From Blasia pusilla (taxonomy: Eukaryota), in contig CM114271.1 of the NCBI GenBank assembly GCA_050084515.1, positions 4,712,001 to 4,776,000 of the forward strand: a DNA stretch of 64,000 nt. The letters are read 5' to 3'. Below, one piece after another: positions 25,192 to 35,900 of this stretch; the stretch's first letter is position 1, and the number at the start of each line of letters is the position of its first letter. The notes below the pieces were generated by a model. It searched no databases, was not told the origin of the DNA, and was given only the letters and a program-made list of their open reading frames with translations. The translations under genes were made by a program, and so were the position numbers.

Positions 25192-25307
25192 TGGAAATAT
25201 TTTGGTACTTCTCGCCTCTGTGTATGGATGCCATGAGTAAGCATGGGATCGTGTGTGCGTTCGATGACAGCGATGTATGTTGTGTAGCAATATGTATGTG
25301 TACGACA
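25192..25307 (+). repeat. Repeat segment B1
   Basis: tggaaatattttggtacttctcgcc...tacgaca; direct repeat of 25827-25956; followed by a 2-bp spacer ac and then A2. Confidence 0.92.
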
Positions 25308-25309
25308 AC

Positions 25310-25826
25310 TGTCATGACTGTTAGGATAGATCGGTGGGATCTAGCAGAGCGTCTTCACGAGTAGTGGAGGACATACCCAAGAGATCGAAGATGACCTGCT
25401 GAGGCCCCGAGAAATCTGAGAGAGCAGAGGTTTCCCCTTCATTTCGGCTCATTTGGAGCCATATAGAGAAACTTACTATTTCACGTAAGTTTCCGTATTA
25501 GGGATAGTTGACTTTCCACATTGGGAAGTGGCCCTTGACTCGCTACAGCAAGTCAAGAGCCAAGGAGATGACCTGCTAACATAGGTTACCGTTGAGAGGG
25601 CTTGGGAGAGGGAAGGGGGTATACCTCCAAGAGAGGGAGCTTGAGAGCTCATTCTCCCTTTGTTGAACCTCTTGGCATAAGGCGGCGGAGCTATGGTCCC
25701 TTGCCTTGTGAGTATAACCCAAGCCTCTCATTAGGAGAGTGGGTTTGGTTTGACATGATAGAGAGTGCACACCTTTGAGAGCTATGGTGTGAGATGGTGT
25801 AGACAGAGATTGCATCTTATTTTAAA
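25310..25826 (+). repeat. Repeat segment A2
   Basis: Direct repeat of 15598-16112. Confidence 0.92.
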
Positions 25827-25956
25827 TGGAGATATTTTGGTACTTCTCGCCTTTGTGTATGGATGCCATGAGTTAGCATGGGATTGCGTGTGTTTGTTTG
25901 TGTGTGTGTTCGATGACAGCGATGTATGTTGTGTAGCGATATGTATGCGCACGACA
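25827..25956 (+). repeat. Repeat segment B2 (right terminus of copy 1)
   Basis: Second copy of B ending gcacgaca, followed by TSD aggt. Confidence 0.92.
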
Positions 25957-26500
25957 AGGTATGCAACGAACCTTTGGTACAAATGGAGAAGTAGAAGGGT
26001 TACAAGGAGAGGTGAGATTGCAAGACGTGGTGATGGCCAACGATGAGGGGGTAAGTAGGTTGGGGCAAGAGGAGGAGGAAGAGGGGAGATTTTCGGGTAG
26101 AATAGATGGGATTTGGAAGCAAGGGCATAGATGAGATATGTGGGGATAGCAAAGTAGAAGGATTCGAAAATAATGGATCAAGATTATGCTCAATAGGACA
26201 AGGCGAAGAAGGGAGAAGAGGAGAATCCGGAAGAAATGTAGCGAGTGTAATGGACGTATTAGCATCTCGAGGAAAATGGCGAGATCTACGATGAGGAGAT
26301 GAACCATTGGGAGAGGTTACGGCTGTAGGAGGGCGTGTAAAACCAGATAAGCGAGTAGACGGAGAATCCAACTCCATCTCAATGACCGCTATGAGGGAAT
26401 GAGTTCGTAATGTTGGGCCCATTCCGTATCTAAAGATCCAGAAAGGCATGAGGAATCCCTTAAACCAATGGTAACCCGGTATCACTCTATAAGGAGAGCG
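25957..26500 (-). mobile_element. 5' part of the CRE-like non-LTR element split by copy 1
   Basis: Pro/Ser-rich ORF remnants. Joined across the TSD to 15597 it reads VRCIPCGKEFAPNGIKRHQWYC (zinc finger). The 5' limit is approximate. Confidence 0.8.
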
Positions 26501-29500
26501 CTATGTTTGAAATTGCGTATAGGAATCTATGAGCATATTTAGGAGAGAAGGAGGTCCAAAGATCCCAAGAACTTTGGAAAACTCAATCTTAAGTGGAAAA
26601 AAGAAGAACCCAAAGTTCAAGCTTGAGAAGATGAACACATTGGGCCTTAGATTGAAAAGATTGGATTACCAAGGAAATAGTTACAAGCAAAATTCTACAC
26701 ATTCCTCCATCTCCTCCGCCATAGTCCTCCTCCTCCATGTCCTTCCTTTCGCGGATTAAATTTAATACCAAAAGAGGGATTAAATTTTTCTCCCCATCTA
26801 ACTTGAAAATTTAAAAAAATATAAAATATATAACTTCCATTATTTTGAAGAAGAATTATTTTCCCATTAGTGTACTTTTATCTTTTTACTTTATTCCCAA
26901 AAGGAAAATTAATTTTCCTCAAAACTAAAATTTTAATTAAATTTTTTCATAATTTTTTTTGCATGAACCTTGAAAAATTAATTTTCAAATTGCAAATGAG
27001 GAAAGAAAATAAAATTTAAAGAGACTCTATGAGATTTCATCGGAAAGATATTTGAAATTTAATTAACTAATTAAAAATTACTAATCAATAAAGAATAACC
27101 TAATTATTAAAAGCTTATTCATTCTTGCTTTCTGCTTAGTATAGGGTAAAATTAAAAAGGAAAAACGTCGTGCACTGGCTTCATGGACAAATATCGTACG
27201 TGTCATTCGTTCATTGGTCTTCACAATGAGCTAATGCGCTTAATAGTATGATTTAAATTCTTTTTTTGTCGCCCGTAACATGCGAAATATTTTCTTGTTG
27301 CCCAGTTGCCAAGTTTGACATCAAACAAAGAGGTATTTGCAAATCAAGGAGGCACTCTCCAATAATAATATAGATTATCCACACTAGGGACGTGGGAGAC
27401 CCTTAAGATTTCTATAATTAAATCCAAGCGCTTTGCTTTGATAGATTAGTTACTTCAAGAGATGATTTCTTCTAGTGTGTGAGTACTTTATCCAAGGGCC
27501 TAAAGTTTTGCTGCCAAATTACGACTTCCAAATTTCTGTGTTTTCTAAGTTGTAAGTTGAAGACCTTCTATGCGGACTCGTGCGGAGGGTCTTTGAAACC
27601 CCATGTCACTTGTAATTGGTTTGTTACACTAAGTTGCGGCTCATGCTATGCAAGGGATCAATAATCGGAAAAAACGTTCGTTTTTTTGTTGTCTATGCTA
27701 CAAAAAATCCTCCCCCCCCCCCCCGCGCGCGCGTTGACCATGTGTAATTAAGATAGGTGTTTACAGATCAAGAATCCATCATATACAAGACTATTAATGA
27801 GGATGGTGGAGAACCCTGTGCAACATGGTTGGAGATCGATCTATCCTCTCTAAACACATATATTCCACTCAAGTAGCCGCAAAGCGCTAAACATGTCCAA
27901 TTCTCCCAAAGTGTGTATTATCTCCCTAGGAAACCTCTTCTTTAAGTCTCGACCGAATCTCCCAAAGTCATTTGACTATATCAAAGTGCATGGGCTTTTT
28001 TTTCAAGATGTTTCCCAACAATGGCTTAGCTCAAACCTGAAACACAACCGTACACTCATCACGATTAGTCCCTTTTTTTTTTGGGCTTGAGAGGGTATTG
28101 AGAAAGAGTCTTCCCCCCTAGTTCCTTGTGGGTTCTTCTAAGGAGCACCACCTTTCCTATTTTCCATCCCAAGCCCTTCATTCAGGTCCACAATCCAAAT
28201 GTGGTTCGGGATCCGCAGACCTGCGTTTGACTAGTTATACCCCAAGATGGTTTGGACGTCTCTTCTTGCATATTCTACAACTTCTAACTCCCAAAATGCA
28301 TCTCAGATCTTGGACTTGCGTTTTGTATGCGTGATGGCCAGTGTCCATCTTAAATTCTTCCGTTTGGCGTCTCATGGTTGTATTGCCGTCCTTTGCATTT
28401 CGTGACTAGTCTCTTGGCTATTGGCGGTCTTGCCTACTCCCACATTTCTTGCCGCTCTTCCTTGACTTAGATCTTGGCTCAAGGGTTTTTCACCTTGCTT
28501 AACTCACCCTTTTCTTCTTGATTAGCCACACCTTCCTTCCTAAGTTTAGTCTCAAGGCTCGTGCCCGTCTTGACTAGTTTGAGTCCTATTGATGATTCCG
28601 CCAACCTTCCTACTCTTGCAGCTAGCTAGTCTACATTTGGACGGGTTGCACCAAGGTCTTTCCTCCTTAGACCATGAGCATGAATTTCTTCCAAGATCCC
28701 CACTAGGAGGAGCCCTATGCACTTAGCTATTTGCAATAGACACCTATTCAAGAGAGACAAAAGAGGACCAAAGGATGATTGCCCAATTACATCCTAATGG
28801 TATGCAATTGCAAGTTTGGAAGGGAAGAAAGATGTTTCTAATCGTCTTCGTAGTTCATAGAACCACACCACACTTTCTCACATAAACCCACTCCAACAAC
28901 TTTGCCATTTCATAAGGATATAGCACAATCACCCATTCTCGTATAAACTTACACGACCTCAATTGTAAATAGATTATTAGTTATCCAAGTTAATGAGCTT
29001 CAAAAATCCTAGTTTTAGGGATTATATCAATTTATATTTTCTCAATTTATATTTTATTTTATCTTTGAGAAATGGGAGTTTTTAGAATTTACATTGACAC
29101 TAAGATAATGATATTTTTCAAGAATAGAAAATTCGCAATATCCCAAATGAATTCAATATCATTAAAATATCATAAGAAAAATAAAATTTCTCTTCAATTA
29201 AAATTTCAATCTTATAATGGAACACAATGTACTAAAACACATATATGTTGATATATGGGAAAACACATTCCTTATTCTCAAACACTTGCTAGATTGACAC
29301 ATAGCACTTAGCAACAAAAGAAAGTTTTTCATATAACCTGCGACAAGAGAATCTTTTCAAAGCAACAAGAATTTTTTTAATCTATACTAAACATACTTAA
29401 TCAAAATTAATTCTTAGGATTATAAACTGCTGTAAAATATGCTTATACCCTTGCATCTTGCGTGCACCTTATTAGTATTTTGTTTATAGAACTCCTAGGG

Positions 29501-30195
29501 GAATATTGTTGCATCCAAGAGGCGTTGGAAAAGAGAATAAAGAGATTTAGGATTGTTTTCAGGAATGCTCAAAGCTTGTCGATAAAGGATACATGTTTGA
29601 CTTCGAAGTATTATTTTATTTTGATCTTTGAAATTTTAATTACAATGATGTAGCTGTCATGCATTGTAACGCCAACATGAGACCTAAAAGGGTACCCCGT
29701 TTTGATTTAAGTGTGCCGTAAGTTGGCTGTGGTGTATTTTTTTTAAGGACCCAATTACTCAACATTATTACTCAATAACCCCCTTCAAAAAATTCTCTAT
29801 TAAAGTGGGCCACAAACCTAAACAGCACTAAATCATCAGGCCTATGCATCCTCGAGTTACTCGAGGATAAATCAATCATGAGTTCTAGGTAGATGTGGGC
29901 AAAGCTTGTTGTCCCTAGAGTTTATGAACCTATTAATTCATATGGGACGCTTTGGTTATTGTGCCAAAATCTCTGGAAAGAAGTATTAAAGAATGCAAAT
30001 TAAAATTTATTAAAGTAATCCAATACAAATTATATAGGCTGCAATTCCAAATTACATACATTTGGTTGGTTGATAGAACCCAAATCTGTACTATTAAAAC
30101 AAGAAAAGTGTACTTGAAAATGAAAATATAAACTTAATAAAGAGTTAAAACCTTCTTAAAAGAGTAGTTAAATGAGATAGTGTTCAAATCTCATA

Positions 30196-30235
30196 CCGCT
30201 TTTTGCAAATCCAAGCGGAAACGCATACTACTAGT
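30196..30235 (+). mobile_element. possible Helitron 3' terminus
   Basis: Hairpin ccgctt...aagcgg (30196-30218) followed 12 nt later by CTAG then T. No matching 5' end or RepHel identified. Confidence 0.3.
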
Positions 30236-31400
30236 AATGTATAAATACATCCATTTTTTAGCAATATTTTCTTAAACTCATAGACCCTAGCAAGTATTGT
30301 TGTTTTCCTCCCGGTTATGTAAGCAAATCTCTACGTCAAAGATGCCGGGTACCGGTTACCGGACTATCCAGGTGACCGACCCATGCGTGTGACGAATCTG
30401 ATGAGGCGACAGCAGCCTGACGGACGTCCAGCAGCCCAAGCCTTTCTGTCAGGCCAATCGTCCGTCCATGACTCACGGCGACGCCAACTTTGGGACTCGC
30501 GATAAGGTCGTCCCCCCTGTGGGAGGCCGGGAGAAAGAGCACTCACTCACGTGTGTTCGCTGAGCAGGAGACGCTCCCGGTCCCCAGCAGAGGAGGGGAG
30601 GGCGAGGAAGGCTTTTCGCCGGAGGGCGGAAGATGCTGGAACTCGGGAGTTGCGAGCTATGGCGGATCGATCTCCCCAGATTTTGCTGCCGGCGCAGAAT
30701 CGCCAGGCCGCACCACGAGGATTGGAGACGGCTCTGCATGCAGTCAGTCAGTCAGTCCTCCTTGCAACGCGGCCCGTTTCGGGACATGCAGAGGGACCTA
30801 AACGCCATCGCGCGAGGATGGGTACGACGCGGCTGCAGGGTATTGGTGGTCTGCGGGGCTGTCTAATCGGAACCCCTCAAGTGACGTTCCGCAGGTCCTC
30901 CTTTGCGTTGCGTCTCCTCTCCAGTTAGTCAGTCAGTCACAGGAGACAGATCGAGGAGATAAGGACATCGATCGCGCGGAGCGAAGAGCGTCTCGATGTG
31001 GAAACCAACTCCCATCGGGACGTCGAGCGCTTCCATCCTTCGAGCTCGCCCCCGATTCGGGAGCCGAATCCGGCCGGCCGTCGTGACGAAGGATATGGCT
31101 TCTTCTGGCTTTCGTGATTTCGGTATATCTGTGGAGATGCGCGGTTGAGACACCGGATCCAGCGCGAGGTCAGGAGTTCGGCATCGGATCCGGCGTGAGT
31201 GTCATGGGATCACGCAGTGGTACACAGTTTCTCGATGTGGAAACCGAACTCCGCGTGAGTTTGAGCGCCTCGATCACGCGATTAGAAAGCAAATCCACCT
31301 GCGCGCGGGGATGGCTCTCTCGTGCCGTTGCGAGCCAGTGAGAAAAAGTCTCTGTTCACAGGGATACTATCGTCGCTGCTCACACTCCTGTATCAGAGAT

Positions 31401-31866
31401 TCAGGAGGGCTTCTGATTAGACAGCACCGCAGAAGCAGTTCCCTCATGCGAGAAGTGGGACCCAAATCCAACTAGCGAATGGCACGAGAAGATTGGGATT
31501 CAAAACCACGAAGTAAAGAAGGTGATGACAACAATTGAATGCTCCTCAAAGCCACTTGCAAGGGGAGCGCAGGGCCGTAGGTGCGCCGTGAATCTGTCAT
31601 ACACTTAAAGCGCGACATTGTGGCGCGTCTGTTTGGGAATTGCTTGGGCCATCATGAGTGCGAGGCTTTTCAAAGCCTCACACTCATAATGGCCTTGCGC
31701 TCCCCTTGCAAGTGGCTCTGAGGAGCATTCAATTGTTGTCATCACTTTCTTTACTTCGTGATTTTGAATCCCAATCTTCTCGTGCCATTCGCTAGCTGGA
31801 TTTGGGTCCCACTTCTCGCATTAGGGAACTGCTTCTGCGGTGCTGTCTAATCAGAAGCCCTCCTGA
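31401..31866. repeat. Long inverted repeat (176-bp arms, 114-bp spacer); candidate hairpin RNA or fold-back element
   Basis: 31401-31576 is the reverse complement of 31691-31866 with about 6 mismatches counted by eye. A second short hairpin lies at about 31647-31694. Confidence 0.95.
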
Positions 31867-32943
31867 GAGGGTGAAACAACTTCTTCATCTCCAAATGTGC
31901 TCGGGTCTGGTGGGGAACTCATGAACATGCTTTTCGAGAACAGTCGAGCAGAGCACAAAGAGATCTTCGATTACAGTCCGTCTCGAAATCCAATCCGGTT
32001 TAGATGCGGAACTAAATGGGCTTTTTCTTCGAGACAGTTGAGCAGAGCCGAGAGATTTCTTAGAGAGCACCTGAGCACCAAAACACGGTGACTTCTGGCA
32101 GCATCCGTCCTATCTCAAGTCCATGCCAAGCTCCTACTGGTTAGGGAATAACGATTAAGAGAGGTGAAACTGGTCGAACGCACAAAGCCAAAGCTGAGAA
32201 CACAATCGTAGAGGACAAGGAGGGAAAAGCCATCCGTGAAAACACGAAGGAGGTCCAAGGAGAAATACAAACCCAAAAGGAGAAGGGTGGGAAAACACAA
32301 CACATCAAGTTACGGAGAGCACGGAAAAACGTTTGGAGAAAGCACGGCGTAAACTATGGGAGAAGGAACAAACCGGTGGGAAAAATGATACAAAAACGAT
32401 GGAGAAGAAACCAACCAAGTAATCGTATAAAACACTACGGAGAAAGACACGAAAGGGAGCACAGGAGACCAAACAAACGAAAAACAAACGAAAAACAAAA
32501 TTGGTGACACTAAGTGAAAACAAGCTCTACCAAGGATGGGAAATCCCATCCAAACAAAATGTGAAACCCTGCAGAAAAAACAACCAAATAACAGTCGCAT
32601 AAAAAACCCCTCGTGGATAGAAAAGAGGTCACCGGAGAGAAGGAAAAAAAAAAAAGAGGATGGAAACTCCATCCAAAGAAACAAAATCGGGAACCCAGGA
32701 GAAAAAACAAGCAAACCAGGGAAATATGGAAAACTCTGGAAGAAAACAAGAAGGGAAACCCCGTAGAAAGAACAAACGAATAAGAGGAGGATGGAAAACA
32801 CATAGGCGAGTCAAAGTGGCCAAACCACCACCTCTAGTGGTTTGGCCACTGGTGGTAGTGGTAAGTGGGAAGCAGATGTTTGTAAGAGCAAATGAATGCA
32901 ACTGGAAAATATTTTATAAATTATCGTGATGGCATACTTCTTC

Positions 32944-35900
32944 TCATGAAGAGAGCTGTTCATCGTCAGCAAGATCAAGCAGCTTGGCTACGTCCCCTTC
33001 TATGTACCCTGTCAAGTATGCCACACAGAGTCTTCTCAGGAGTTGTTTTCGTGGATCCTTAGGCTCTGAGGATGAGAGTGTCACCAGTCTTTCCTTCATG
33101 GAAAGAAGTAGCCTTTGTGCTGTATCGACGCTGTCAGGCACTCCTGGTCCTGTGGCATTCTTCACAGGTGCAAATTCTTCTTCACGAACTACTTCCAGGA
33201 GTACCACCTGCGCAGACACAGCCAAGGGTTGGATTTTCCTTAAAATGACACATATGAAAGGACAAGAGACAATGGTAGATTTGAGTCAAGTGGGAGAGGA
33301 GCTGGGTCAGCACAAAAACTTTGGAGGGGAATGGATTTGAGGTGAATATCGAGGTGCCAGACAAGGAATTGCAAAGAATCAGTACCTTGTCAGGATCGGA
33401 AAACTTGAAGGCATCAAAAATGAAACGCTCCAATTTCACCCCATTAGGTTTCTCCGGAACCACTTGTTTCCATTCGCCATCTTCCATTTCGACATGTGGA
33501 ATTCGCTTCAAGGCTGTGTGGAACTTGAGCTCATTACTTCCATCTCCTAGCTTCTTGAGAAAGTCCACCGAGAAAATATTCATACAGGTGTGGCCCGCAC
33601 GAAACTTGAGTGCATTCTCCTTTGAGATTGAATCAAGACCTTCATGGCTTGCTAAACTACTCTCAGGTTCCCCAGAATCTTCCACTGCTGATCTGAGGGT
33701 ATCTGGGATCTCACTGTACTCCAGAACACCATACCGTAACCTGCCTTCACCTTCATCAACCTTTGTATCTTCAGCACTCCCTACAATGTCATGGCTCCTA
33801 CACACCACACCCATGGCTTCCTCTGGTGATATCTTGGTGACAACTTTCACTCCTATGTCGGCATCGCACTCCTTTGTATACCCAAAGAAAACTGGATCCG
33901 CAACTCTTACAAGGGCATTGTCCACAGCAAACACCTGCAAGGGAAATTGAGATTCATAATTGAAAAAAGAAGGGCCATAGGTTGGATTGGTAAAAAGGGA
34001 AGTACCTGACACTCACAAATCGGGTAATTCTAAGCAATCCAAAAAGGTTTTCATTGCATGATAAGACTCTAGACGTGAAAGTGAGAGATGCACTGAAAGC
34101 ACTCTCAATAGGGATACTTGCGGCTTCTGTACGTATATGACTCGTCTATCTTAAGTGAAAGTACCCTCATGTGGCCTACTTCACAATCCATTACCCTCTG
34201 TAATTGTCAGTGATGGCCTCTTGTTAGGTCATAAAGCTAACATTCGCCTTCCTAGTTTGGAGATTCAAGTTTGATCAGGTCTTTGATGAGATCAATGCAG
34301 GGCCAAAACAAAGAAATGGGAAGGAGTGCATGAATGTCTTTCCTAATAACCTCCTGCAGGGTTTTGACTAGCGTAAATGTAATAGGACACAGAAAACAGC
34401 ATCAAAAACAAGGCAAGCACAAGATCTTCCATGGCATACCGGAGCAGTGTTCTCCAGAACTTGTAATATCCTTGTGCCCAACAGAGTAAACCTCAATACT
34501 TTACAAAGTCATGGCACAACAAACCTCAAGCTAGGATGATGGGTATGACCCTCTGGCAACATATATTTAATGACTAATGGCCATTCTCCCTAACTATTTC
34601 ATGTTGTGCACATGACTTGCACTGTCCATACTTATGAAGAAGAAAAGAAGGCTTGAGGAAACCCAGGAGATATGTTCCTGAAGAATTGAATCTTCTTGGA
34701 TAAATAAATGATAATGAGGATAGTATCATACCTGTAAGTAATCTACACCAAGATCAATTAGACGGTCCAACATTCCTTGCCCATGCAGTGCACTGAAGAG
34801 ACCCCCATTTCCATTTGGTGCCCGTGCCACCTTCCAAGGAGTCTCCATAAGGATGCGATGTTGACCATTTCTTTTCTCAAGACCGATGCATGGCATGCTT
34901 TCTTGCATAAGAAACCATACCTGGCAAATTAGAACCATGGACATCATCAGAACAACTGCAATCTATTGGCCTACATGTGACTGGGCTACAAAGAGCTGGC
35001 CCAAAACCAGGTCATGCCCAAATACACACTTTCCAAGGAACAATCCATTCAGCAAACGATGGGAAAAGAAAGAAACAACCGGTAGAAAATAGGCAAAAGG
35101 AGAAAAAGCTGACCACAGCCAAAAGAATATTGGTGGAGAACTAGTAACTTTGGTGAAACAGAGACTTTTTAGATGGACACAAGCCAAAGAAGTACAAACC
35201 TGGTCTTCTTTGAGACCAAAAAATTTGTTTTCTGCAAAAAATGATCTGGTAGATTTATCCGTGGCATCACTTGTCATGACAATCCAGGGGATATGTGGCC
35301 TTGTTCCGGAACCCGTCACCTGAAAAACTCAAGTATGGCAGGCTTATCACTGTGACGACTGGATCATGTTAAAGAGCATATTTTAGTCACACTCAGTTCT
35401 TGTAAACTAATAGTTGAAACAGACCATACAATAAATTCCTCAGTCAACTTAGAAGAGAACTCTGGCAGGGCATTGGGTGAAGGAACAAACCAGTACGGCC
35501 AACTCTTGAATGATAAGCAAACGCTCTGCTTGTATCTCAAATATGGACTTGCCTTCGGGAAGGCCCAAGTCAAGCATGCCTTTCACCACAAGTGGAGTGG
35601 TGTGTCCCAGTCGTGTGCTTTGTCCTCCTGCCAGCACCACAACACCCACTCTCCCATCAGCTACTAATTGTAGCCCTTCCTGCCACCATCGTACCACATC
35701 CACATCATCTCCTCCAGTCTCCTGTTCCTCCAAAGACCTAGGATTGCCTAACCAGGTGTCCAAATCTTGGCAGCTTACACGAGGGAAAGCTGAAGGTGGC
35801 TCTGGCCACACTGCATTTTCTTGTGGCCTGGGTGACAGCATACAAGGTTGGTCAAATTAACCTCTGACTTGCACTTGAAAACTATCTGTCACCTCTGAAT

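Larger units (their letters stand above)
15598..25956 (+). mobile_element. Ty3/Gypsy-type retrotransposon copy 1 (gag-PR-DNMT-RT-RH-IN-PHD) with permuted repeats A-internal-B-A-B
   Basis: Ends TGTCAC...CGACA. 4-bp TSD aggt at 15594-15597 and 25957-25960. Removing the element restores the host LINE reading frame. RT-RH-IN order is Gypsy-type. Confidence 0.93.

Noticed and set aside
15598-25956. DIRS/Ngaro classification because of split repeats
   Set aside because: The element has an aspartic protease, a DDE integrase and TSDs, and no tyrosine recombinase. Its MTase is C5-type, not the adenine MTase of DIRS.
25957-25960. AGGT as a sequence-specific target (seen here and at 51343)
   Set aside because: The other two TSDs are gccg and gtgg/ttgg.
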